Assembly: GCA_964035545.1 (NCBI GenBank)
Contig: OZ037767.1
Location: 4,232,707-4,296,706 of the forward strand
Length of the DNA: 64,000 nt
From: Bugula neritina
Taxonomy: Eukaryota; Animalia; Bryozoa
Direction: 5' to 3'
Part shown: one piece after another, positions 22,485 to 34,400 of the stretch
How the letters are laid out: every line of letters begins with the position of its first letter
Position numbering within the stretch: position 1 is the first letter of the stretch
Notes under the pieces: model-generated
What the model saw: only the letters and a program-made list of their open reading frames with translations
Database searches by the model: none
What the model was told of the DNA's origin: nothing
Position numbers and translations under genes: made by a program

Positions 22485-25400
22485 GTTTGTCAATTTTTCA
22501 TGCCACTTTTATATCCAGTATAAAGACCATTCATTAGCAGAACTATATAGGGATTTCAAACTTTATGACTGAAGCATGTGAGCATTTATTAATGACGTTT
22601 GTGCTTGCACCTGAATACCTACTCTGCACAAAACTTTAGCAAGCAGGGGGCTAAAGTTGTTTGTAATATAAACATATGGCCCTGTCAATCTTTTGGGCCT
22701 GTGTCCCATACTGAGTGGATAATATAAATAACTTGAATGGGAGAATTCTGTAATTAGACCACCAGGCAGCTCTGTCCATTACTTGCTACACAATTATTCA
22801 AATTTAGTAATTAGTCGGCCTTTCTGTTGAATATCCCCCTTTGTTAAGTCATGCTATTGCTCCATCTCTGTGAAGACTCCCCTCGGCTGTTAATTAACTA
22901 ATAGGGGGGGGGGGGGCATAATAGTGTTGCCCTCTGCTCACCGTCTGAGGTTTGTGGTCTAAATCCTGTCTCCTTGGTAACTCTTTTGAAATGTGTTTGA
23001 AGTTGAGACAGTTTAGTTGGTCATTAAATTCCAGATGCTGGTGCCTCATGGTCACAGACTTCTAGTGTGAGGAGCAGTAGATCCGGAGATGGGGGCACTC
23101 CTGTACCCCACCCTAACTCTGCTAAACCTGCTGAGCTAGCTAAGGTCAGTTGTCAATCATCTCTCATATCTAAAAATAAAACAATTTCACAATCTTGTAT
23201 ATTAATTAAGTCTAAGATAATGACTTTCAGTTTTTTTTTCTCTGATTGGTGGGGAAGTTGCTGGACATCTGTGGTCGATGTAATCACCTCAACCAAGTCT
23301 TTGTTCTGTACAAATTACCAAGATCCTTTGAAGTTTAGGCAATTCTTTCCAATAATTATGTTTGAACATAATTATTGTTGCCGTCCAAAGAAGTGATGAG
23401 ACGGAATTATTTTCTCTTGTTTATATGAAACTTGGCCACCTCAGTACAGGCTGTCAGTGTGTGCAGTCTTTTCAGCTTTTACACTCCTACATGTTAGATA
23501 TTGTATTTACAAACAGTAAATCATTGACTGAGTGTTTTATTGAAATACTGAAACTTATACTGCATCAAAACTTGTGTCGGAGAAATTCTTGATATAGTCA
23601 CTGCTGTGTATAAAGCAGTCGGTTAGATTTTGCTCAAAGTGATAAAATAAGGCTAGGCACTGCACCACTTAATTTATAAATTTTTTTCTAAAATAATTTG
23701 TAAAAAAATACTGGTTCATTCAGGAGCAGTAGTGAAGAATTTAAGATAGCCTAAGTTCTTTAATTGTTTTTATTAAGTTGAGGTTTGGGGCTCGGTCGAA
23801 ATTCTCTTGAGAGCATAACTTCTAAAATTTCTAATCTAGAACACGGGCTTTTCTCAATTTCTCCTTTACTGCATCTACCTCTACTGGTCACCATAAATGA
23901 GATTTGTAAACTTGGAATACAGCCTTGTGAATGGTCAAGTCCTCATCTGTTTTGAGTATGACTTGAAAAGTTAAGTTTCACGTTATAAGTGCTGTGTTAC
24001 TGATGGAACTCCCACTAGTATATTTTGCTCACTTTACCTAATCATCATATAAACTAGATAATTATGTAAATTATATCCATTAGACCCTCTGGTCTTTTGT
24101 TTATGTAATATAATCCAATAAGTTATAGCAGCGTACACAGCCGCATGCAGCTGCCTTGTGCAAACTTTGGCAGCATTTATCAGGTATACGTGAGTCAGAC
24201 ATGAATCAATATCAGTTATGAATGCTGATATCTTGTATTACGGCATCTTCTTTGCTCTCTATTTCTGACACGCTCTACCCTACTCTACGTATTGATCGAC
24301 TGGAATAAATTTACGATAAAGTACCAAGCTTTCTAATCATAGTAATTATTTATCGTAATCATGCTGTGAGCTGCTGCCTGTAGCATTTAGTCGGCAGCAC
24401 GTAGGGTGCCAGACTGCATCAGTTCTTTTCACAAGTTGGTGGCGTCTACCCTGTAGCCTAGTTCTTATTTGTAAGTAGCATTCCTTGTTTTCTAATAGTC
24501 ACGGAGTGAAACTGAAATCATTGTTTCTTGTATATTAGGCATTCAAATAGTAAAGTAAATATTTTTGGTTTAGTGTGCCTCTAGCTATCATACATGCAGG
24601 TTTCACGTTAGCTTACTTTCATATGAAATACTGGTATAACAGTAACCTGTTTCATCTAAGTTCATGTGGAAGTATTCTGCTGGGTGTTTTGTTAGGTTCA
24701 TAGCCAACTAACAAAGCAGCATTATTCGCTGTCTTATGAGAATAATTGATTCATCATTTTTACTCACTTATCACTGCTGACTGCTTCTTTATCCTGCAAC
24801 TGTTTAATTCAATGCTGAAATACACATATAATCACCAGTGCTCTGCTTGTTTTCTCCTACTAACCTAGAAGTAGCTGTAAACAGTATTTCTGATGGTAAT
24901 GGAAGTTGTCATTCTGCCTTGTGTTTTGATATGAATCAAGTTTTCTAACCAACAGTTAAAGTTACTTGCTTCAAAGCAGTCCCAGCGCTGTATTAGCATT
25001 TTCTGTCCGTTCTTCAGGCTGTTGTCTGGACAGGTTATACTTTCTAGTCCTAAGTTCTCATACCAGCTGTACACTAGTAATAGTGTTCAATTCTTGCTGT
25101 TATTTTCCATAACCTTTCGTTGCTTAAAAATATATGTGAGCTATCTCAATACCAGCTACTATTTCTGTCTACTTTAGCACAAAATTGTGAATTTAAATTA
25201 CTAATGAAATCTTGATGGCTTTTTACAATTTCGCTACTACTACCATATCTTAGGAAAGTTTTTTATTGTTTAGAATATGCCACATGGACCAATGAAAATA
25301 GACAACACTGGACTAGTCCACCAGTTGCCATCCAATGAGAGGGATTCTCCGCCCAACACACAGCCAGTGCTGTGGCAGCACAGACCTGCCCCTCGGCAGC

Positions 25401-28400
25401 AGGAGAGGCAGCAGGACAGCAGGGAGCGTAGAGACTCAGGATCATGTGATCACACCGAATCAGAACTGAACGGAATGGTGTTTAGAGATGTCTCAACAAA
25501 TACACCCTCAACGCAGGAGGTACTGAAGCTAGACTGGTTGTGTTTTGCCTTATATTGGGAGATAAATAGAATTCTATTTATCCTACATGTCTTATCATTT
25601 CATTTTTTGTCTGTCTGCTCCTACGTTTTGCCTCTCTATTTATAGAATAATTATTTTTTCAAGTTACCCAACTGCGCACAAAACTTTCAACTAGCTATTT
25701 GAAGCAACAAGAAGTGTTGGTTTAGGGCCCTTCTTGGTTTCCCATGCTGATAATGCAGTATGTTTCTACCAGAACACTGTTTCCAATAGGATGTAATGTT
25801 AACCTAAACAACTAGATTTGTAGGGAACGCTGTTTTAATATCCAGCCGTCCTACTGTTTGATATTAATCTGTGCAACTGCCAGGCTGTCAATGAAAGTAC
25901 CTGCTTTGCCTGCCATCCTTATTTGTAAGCATTGATCTGAGTACAGGTACTACTCATGTGCTGCTCAATATAAATCTCTTTGGGCTGGCAGGTTCTTCTT
26001 TTGATTAATGTCTCGTTTAATCTCAAATACCATAATAAGTTTTCATGGAATAACCAGCCTTTGTAGGGCATTTTTATCTGAAATCTGCCGCAAGTTTTCA
26101 TTCCTAATCACTTAATCATCTCACCTTGGATAATCTTCCATAAAATATTTATATTCTTGAAGTGTCAGGGCAACAGATGACACGCTCTAGTTAGTGCTTG
26201 CTACAGATACATGTGCTTGTATCTAGTTCCAGTGTATCCACTCTTGGGAAACTATAAGTGTTGTTGGGTTGCATCATAGATAGGGAAGTTATATATACTT
26301 ATTTTATAGTTTTAATTGAGTCCAGACACTGCTGTGTTGTGTAGGTGTTGAGTGTAATAATATAAGGAAAAGCTTGCCAGTTGTAAGTGCTATCTGGGTG
26401 GTCTGTGTCATCACAGTTTTGGCAGCTTCTGAAAGTTCCCTGTTAACTCATTTTCAAATTGCCCCCCCCCCTTTTCTCTCTCTCCCTCTCTCTAATTCAA
26501 GGGACATAAAGCTAACATTATAAAAGAAATATTAAAACTTAAAACATGTCAAACACTTCCATTATTACAAGCACATGCGCTGAAGAAGCCATGTAGCATG
26601 CATAAACATTCAACAGAAACTACTCTATCTCTTGCAGGTTCACTTTGCCAGATTACCAGAGCTGGACAATGCCGTGGGACCAGGAGTCGTCTCCTCAGAT
26701 CGCCATGGTAACGAGCTGGTCACCATTGGTACACAGACTACGGAAGTGGTGATGAGTGCGGAGTGTGCATACGAGCCCTCAGTAGAGAATGTGAGAGGTT
26801 GCTCTAAGGCTGCCACTCCTCAGCAACTCTCGGACTTCTACCATGGTGCTTGGCCTATTGTTGGTAAATATCCTTCAACACTGTTAATCAGTTGTAACGT
26901 GACTTCGTGTGTAGAATAAATGGTAACTGTATGGTGGCTAGTTAGATATGTAGCATTGTGTTTTATCTTTATACTATGGCTAATAATTTGGTTAATAGTT
27001 CACTCATCAGTTGACACGACTCCGGTGCATTTCTCCTTAACTTTCAGTTCTTTTCTCCACCTGGAGCTGGTTAGTTCACCAGTACTACCTCAGGTGTAAC
27101 TGTGGCTGGGTTATCTGCAGTTTAGACTGTCATAAAATAATATCAAGTACTACAGCCCACGCCTTGACTTGACTCTAGAATTATGTGATAGACATTAGTC
27201 TATAAGCAGCTATGAGCTGGGAGGTGACTGGGTGCAATAGTTTGGCATCCTCGAGTTTGGAGTTGGGGGTTCCAAGTTTCAGTTTAAACCCCCCCCCCAA
27301 CTTTAAACCTGAGAATCTCAAACTGTTGCACTCAATCACCCCCCAACTCGAGCTGCTTATAGAACGATTCCACTGAGACAAGCTGGTAGCCGAATTACAA
27401 GTACAGATCCAATATTACACAGTGAATGCTGTTTCACAGTGCAGTGTCGCATCCATCAAATAGTTTGACTTTTGCTCCATGAAGCGAATAATTGTAATTA
27501 TTATTGTTGGTAAATTAGGCAAAAAATGAAAGCGATTACCTGTCAATGAGCCAGGAAATTGACTTATCTCTTTCAGCCCAGATGGAAAGTTGGCTCTGTT
27601 GTGTCTATTAATGAAATTGTGTTGTCTGCATGTTATGAGATCAAAGACATGTTTTCAAAACATCTCAATCAAACTGGTTTCAGCTGATGAGTGCACCTGT
27701 ATCAATTCATCACCTGATGACTGGTTCACATTGACCAGCTTACACCAGCAGTTACTAACAGTAGCAGTTACTAACAGTAATTACTAACAGCAGCAGTAAC
27801 CAACAGTAGTCACTAACAGTAGTTACTAACAGCAGTTACTAACAGCAGTTACTAAAAGTAGTCACTAACACCAGCAATCACTAACTCTAGCAATCACAAC
27901 AGTGATCACTTACTCTAGTAGGCACCAACAGTAATCACTGACCGCAGTAATCATGTTTCTACATGATGTGTGAAGCTGCCTGGTGGAAGACAGCAGAATT
28001 CATATCCCTAATAGAAACCACTGAGCTGCTAGTCATTATTATTCTCTTTCGATTTATTAGAATCTTTCAGGAGGATTTTGTGAGCTGTGAATTAAACTGT
28101 CAGTTTGATATGTTCAGTAAAATAGTGTTCATCCAGTTTTATTAGTTGTTTCAACTGATCAATGTACAATTACGAAAATAACCAATAATAATATTGGAGC
28201 TGTTGGTCAAGATTGATGTGACATGGTATCAGGAGTTACCTTCTCCCATGTATTTACAGCTCAACAGTGAAATGTGTTGGTTTTTTTGCAGACGGTGATG
28301 TGAGTTCTTCAAATTCTGGTGCTATTCAGGAAACGCAGTCCGTTATGAGTTTTCACTCGAGTATATCCTCCCATTCTAGCCGCCCTTCACATCATTACAA

Positions 28401-31400
28401 GGACACGTCCAATAAAGATGGTTCTTCGAAAGGAGCCAATCAGCTCTCAGGCTTAGCTGGTCAAACCATAGCTGAGAGCCATTCAGCGCCTATAGCTCTG
28501 CAACCCCTAATCACTGGTGGCCAGCCTCTAGGAACTAAGGTAACAGCTCTACTTGATGGTTAGAGCCAATACTTCTCTCTATGTGTCACCTAAACACCTG
28601 AATTAGCATAAAATGTGTTATAAAACATAGACTGTTTTTGTGAAGATGAAGCTATTCAATATTTGATAGTTTATAAGACAGTTGTAGGTAAATAATGCTA
28701 GTTAAGATATATTGTGCTTCATATCAACTAATGCAATAGATAGCAGTCAAGTTACTTCACTCCCATTAAGTTTCTGTTAAACTAACCTATAGTCCTGATT
28801 CTATGGTCCCGCAGGTGCAAATGGTCTACTCACTGATATCTATGCTGGGGACGCACGACCCTGAAGATATGTCGCAGACGTTACTCGCCATGTCCTCCTC
28901 TCCAGACTCTTGTATAGCTATGAGACAATCCGGATGTCTACCTCTACTCGTTCAGGTATTTACCAGACTGTTACTTCCTGTCCCTGTCCACACATTACTT
29001 CCTGTTTATATGCAAACGTTTTTTTATTATAAAATAGCTTTGCAATTTCTAACCTAGTTTATTATAAGATTTTTCTGATGTTAAGATTCTTTTTTAACAA
29101 AGCATGTAGTTGTACTTCTGTCTATGAACTCCTAAAAACTACAGAGTAGAGGCATGTATACTAAATACTACAATGTTGGTTGTTCTTGAACCAAAATTGA
29201 TAAATCTTGGTTGAGGTAAGAATCTTTCTTAGGGTAACGCTGACACTTTTACCCCAAGTTTCATCAATTTATAAAATTTATTTTCGACTTTTAGAATATA
29301 ATTTTTGTTTGTTGCATGATAAATACATATTCCGATGGACAGACCAGCAATATATAAGTATCTACTAGTAATACACAGTAATATATAGGATCTACTTTAC
29401 ACTATTACTTATAGCTGATTTACGGAAGTGAATCGGAAAAGGAAGCGCTGACAGCAGGTAAACTGTGTCGGGCGAGAGCTTGCCAGGCTCTTCACAATAT
29501 TATACACTCTCCGCCTGATGACAAGAGAAGTCGAAGAGAACTCAAATTACTCAAATATATAGAAATTGTGCAGTCTCACTGCGAAAGCATCAGAGGGGTA
29601 AGTGAATATACGCTCTCATAGTTGTGTGGTCAAGCAATGAGTGTGACCGAGTAGCGGGTGTGGTTAAGTAGTAGGTGTGTCAAGTAGTGGGTGTGGTCAA
29701 GTAGTGGGCGACAAAGTAGTGGGTGTGGTCTGGTAGTTATGGACTTAAATGAAAAGATTACGGTGGAATACTCTGTATTTTAACCACTCATTAGAACGAA
29801 AGATTTCGCCGTTTTTTTACCAAAACTGTTGAATATCTCTTTTATGGCGGGACATTTATTTACTGCAGGATAAGACAGAAGATAAAAGTTTAACGGAAGC
29901 TGCTGACAAAATATGGCCGCCATCCGACATAGATAGGAACCCGGGGCCTGCTGTGGCTGCGTTGATGAAGCTATCATTTGATGACCACTGCAGACCACCA
30001 ATAGTTGAACTAGGTAACCTTCAGCATCATAGCAAAAGATCTCAACCTACTCTTTCAATTTCGGTTTAAAAATCGAATGTTTCATACCAATGTTCTAAAA
30101 GTTGCCATTTCTTTCTAAAGGTGCTGTCAATTTCTAAGGCAGCAAGACGCAATGACATACTTAAAATTTTATTATCACAGTGTGTTCTAAGACTATTAGA
30201 GTGTATTCTATGACTATTACAGTTCATTCTAAGACTAATTCAGCGTGTTTTACCCACAGTGTGTTCTAAGACTATCATGATGTGTTGTAGGAGGTTTACC
30301 ATGCATGGCACAGTTGATTAAGTTGGACCAGGCTTCTTATAGTGCCAATTCAGACCTGCAGAGAATAACAATGAGGAGATATGCGTGTATGACACTCACT
30401 AACCTGACATTTGGTGACTGCAACAATAAGGTGCTTGCAAGTGGTTGTATTAGTGCACGGTGTCTTCTGACAATGTCAGGAGATTTGTTGTTTGGGAAGA
30501 GCAAATTTGGCTACAACTGAAATTTGTCATTGACAGCATTTTGCTAAATATTGTTTCCTGAGATGTTTCATATCAAAACCTTCTACTTATATGATTTGTT
30601 TTGTTACACATGTTGTTGCAATATAATATCGCTGCAAAACTTCATGAGAATTTCTTTCTGTCGTATATATTAACTTTTTACAATTCAATTTTATATCTGC
30701 CAAACAGTTTACTGCAATGCAACTTTGGTGACCGTTTGATGGTGTATTTCAGGCGCGTCTGTGTGCCATGCAGAGCTGTCTGAACGCCATAGTGCTTCAG
30801 CTGCAAGCATTCAATGAAGACTTGTGTCAGGTGGCTGCAAGTGTCATCAGGAACCTGTCATGGAAGGCAGACCAGGCCAGTAAACGACATCTCAGAGTCT
30901 CATCTGCCACCACAAAGCTTATGATTACGGCTATACAGGTTGTTAGTTATACTAGTAGTCACTGAGTGTTATACTAGAATTTATTGGGTGTCTTATAGCT
31001 GATACATATTTATCATAAGTTAGTTGTAGTAATAGTTTCAACTTATGCTCAATTGTTTCTCAACATATTGTAATCATAGTAAAGAGTGAGTTTCAATACC
31101 ATATGTAACTCACAACTGGAAATGGCACGCTAATCACTGGACACCTGGTCATGGTTACCAGATTGGATAATTTGTAGTGTGTGTACAGTTACCTGTCAGG
31201 TCAAGGTCATTGCTGTACTGTTATATTATATTACAGGTGAAGAGAGAGTCTACGTTGAAGTCGATACTCTCAGCCCTTTGGAATTTATCTGCTCACTGCA
31301 CGTACAACAAGACGTGTATATGTGAAGTGGACGGCTCCATAGAGTTCCTGGTGGGCATGCTTTCCTACCAGTCTCCCACCAAGACTCCCGCCATAGTAGA

Positions 31401-34400
31401 GTGTGCAGGTGTGTAGTAGAGTGTGCAGGTGCGTTGAATCTTCAACTTCACCTTAGTTACCTTCATAGTTACCATATCACTACTACTGCTGCTACTACTG
31501 CTGCTACTACTACTACTATTGACAAAGTTATATAGTCTCATTGCTTGCTGCAAACTGTAGCGGGTTGTATGTTGGGAATTATGTTTAAATGCTGAATTCT
31601 ATTTAAAAGTCTTTTCCAGGTGCTACTGGTGCTATAAAATATTGTTGTCAAGATATATTCTTATGCTGTGTTATCTTCTTTATTATTTCTACATATTACT
31701 GCTGGTGAAGTTGGTTTACATTGTTGCAGGTGGTATTTTGAGAAACATCAGCAGTGTTATAGCAGTTCGAGATGATTATCGTAAAATATTGCGTGCCCAC
31801 AATGCATTGAAAATTCTTCTCTCTCATCTCAAGTAAGTTGGTTATTGGTTGATATTTCAAATTATCAACACATTTCTAATGTACTTTGCTTTAAATAGTG
31901 GTATCACTTCACAAATATGTGTGGACACATAGGATAATGCATAATAGAGACATATAATAATATACAACTTACGAATGTTCAAGGCTATAAATACGTTACT
32001 TCCTCCATATCTCACTAAGCTGCAGGTTCGAAAACCTTGATTCCTTACTTAGTAGAATACCAGATTAAACTCACGGATCTGTTAATCTCAGCCATTTTGT
32101 TTCTATGCACACATACGTAACTCACAAATCGGGGGTCCAAGCCCTTCTCGTGATCTATGGAATTTCATGAGAACTGGAATCGTGAGATGTGGAGGGAGCA
32201 CTGTACTAGTAAAAAAGTATTAAACATGTTTTTTGTCATGAAAACTTTGTGTATATTATTTAGTAATTGTCTTCTCCTATTCAACTGTTGTATGTGCAGG
32301 TCGCCATCTATGACGGTGGTGGGTAACGCGTGTGGAGCTCTCTGGAACATCTCTGCCAGATGTGCAGAAGACCAGCAGACTCTCATAGAACTCGGAGCTC
32401 TCCATCTCCTGAAGAATCTCACCAACTCCAAACACAGACTCGTAGCTCTGGGCTCTTCAGCCACCATCAAGAATCTCATGCAGTTTAAAACTGAAGGTAT
32501 CTGTCCATCGCCTTTCTGACTCGTCTTTTGGCAGCTGTGTGTTGTGTTCGTTTATATGGAGTAGTGTTAGTATATCTACACTCTATAGTCATTATATTAT
32601 ATTACTTTATACTGTTGTATTGTAATATTATATTACTTTATGATATTTTGTTATTACATTATAATATAATTATATTATGCTATAATAATGTAGACCTTTG
32701 TAAATCGTGTCTAACAGAACGTAAAAACTGATTTGACTGAAACGTGTTGGCTTATTTCAATAATAAAAATGCGTTTTCGCTGTTAAAAGTTGAGTGTTGT
32801 TACAGTTGAGCTCCTCCCTCCTAACGCTGTCATTTATTGCATTTTATTTACCAAACAGAGAGTGCAAATCAAGAGTTATTTTGCCTGTACAAATCCCCTT
32901 TCATCAAAAATGTAGATGTCCAGGTCTAAAGCCTATATAATAATTCAATGCTGCAGTTAAAGACTCTGTTTTCTACCTGCTATGTGGGTTCTTCTACAAT
33001 AGGTGCTAAATCTGGAGGAAGCCGTTCAAAGCATTCTAGCTCTTCTAAGAAAAGCACTGCGGGCTCCTCAGATACGCCCCTCACCATGGGTGATCTTCAG
33101 TCTTTTACTGAACCTGCTCAAAGTCCTAGCAAACATCTACAACATGAAAGCTGTTCTTCGTCCACGGAGCTGACCACAAAGGTGTGTGATCTACACGTAC
33201 ACTGTATGTCTGTATTGCATGTCTGTCTGTATATCTATCTGTATGGTGTGTTATATGTAGGTAGGCGTATAGTTTATACTATACACATGATCTAATGTGC
33301 TATTGTATACCATATCCCAGCCGTTGCCAGGCAACAGTGTAATCAAAACAACAATGTAGCCCAAGTTTTAACTGCAGGTACTGTAACTTATGTTGGGGTT
33401 TAAATAGTGCTGCATTAAATGGGTCAACATAAGTAGATAGGAAAGTTATTGTTTTTTAGAATTTTGGATAACATGTATTAATCTAGCGCAGTGTTAGAAA
33501 ATGCATATAATAACCTAAACCTAAAGGTTGTCAAGGGAACATAATTCCCATGTCCATAATTATCTCTATTCAGCTTCGCGTACCCCAGCATCAAACCTTT
33601 CCAAGTTATGTTGTGCTTTGTAATACAAAAAGAGCAGTAAGGTTGATACATGCAAAATGTGGTATTTTGGGTTTGCATTCAGTGGGCAGAAAACTCTAAA
33701 ATATTTTGTATTTGACCCTCTGTTGAAACAGCAGGTTCTCCCTTAATAGGTATAAACAGGATGTTAGTAAATACCCTCTCTGGTGGTGCTAATCTCTCTC
33801 TCTTAAGTTGCATAATGCTGACTGACACTAATTACAAGAGTGTCAGAAATATGTGCTGCCTAATTTCTCAGACTATAACTTCAGTGTCACTTTGTTAATT
33901 CTATTAACTTGAAGAAGTTTATAAGTTAAAATGGGCTTCTAGCAGAGAAATTAGCATCACTAGTTTCTCCTCTGGGCAAGTATCCATTACATAAGGCTGT
34001 AGTATTATATGATTAGGCTTCATATAATGGCTGTAACATTTTATACATGCTAATTAGATTATTCATGGTCTTGGTTTACGTTTATATCCTGTTGTAAAGT
34101 ATTTTCAATCAATGCTCATCAATATTTAGCTGGAATTTATCAGATGCACATGCGTTAGCACATCCTCAAAATATTGTATATAGGCAACGTGATATCATGC
34201 TGTATGCTTGCTTTCTATTACATACTTTATTGCTTATTTCCGTATTTCTAGTGTATTAATAATTACTTTGTGTCAGGAATCTAGTCTAATTATCATACTG
34301 CCGATGCCTAATAACCAGCGTATCTCAGACTGTAGGGTGATAAGTAGTTAGGTGTGCGCTGTCTAGCATTGCAGTCGAGTAGAGGCAGCAGGTGAGTTGT

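Larger units (their letters stand above)
28292..32496 (+). other. APC: APC pre-Arm and Armadillo repeat region (9 exons)
   Basis: Strong recognisable identity with APC Arm repeats (ALHNIIHS, AVAALMKLSFD, VAASVIRNLSWKAD, GGILRNISS, VGNACGALWNISAR). Confidence 0.95.

Noticed and set aside
22903-22916. Poly-G tract (and poly-C tracts near 26462, 27289, 49521) as G-quadruplex elements
   Set aside because: Single homopolymer runs, likely repeat remnants with uncertain length and no supporting context.
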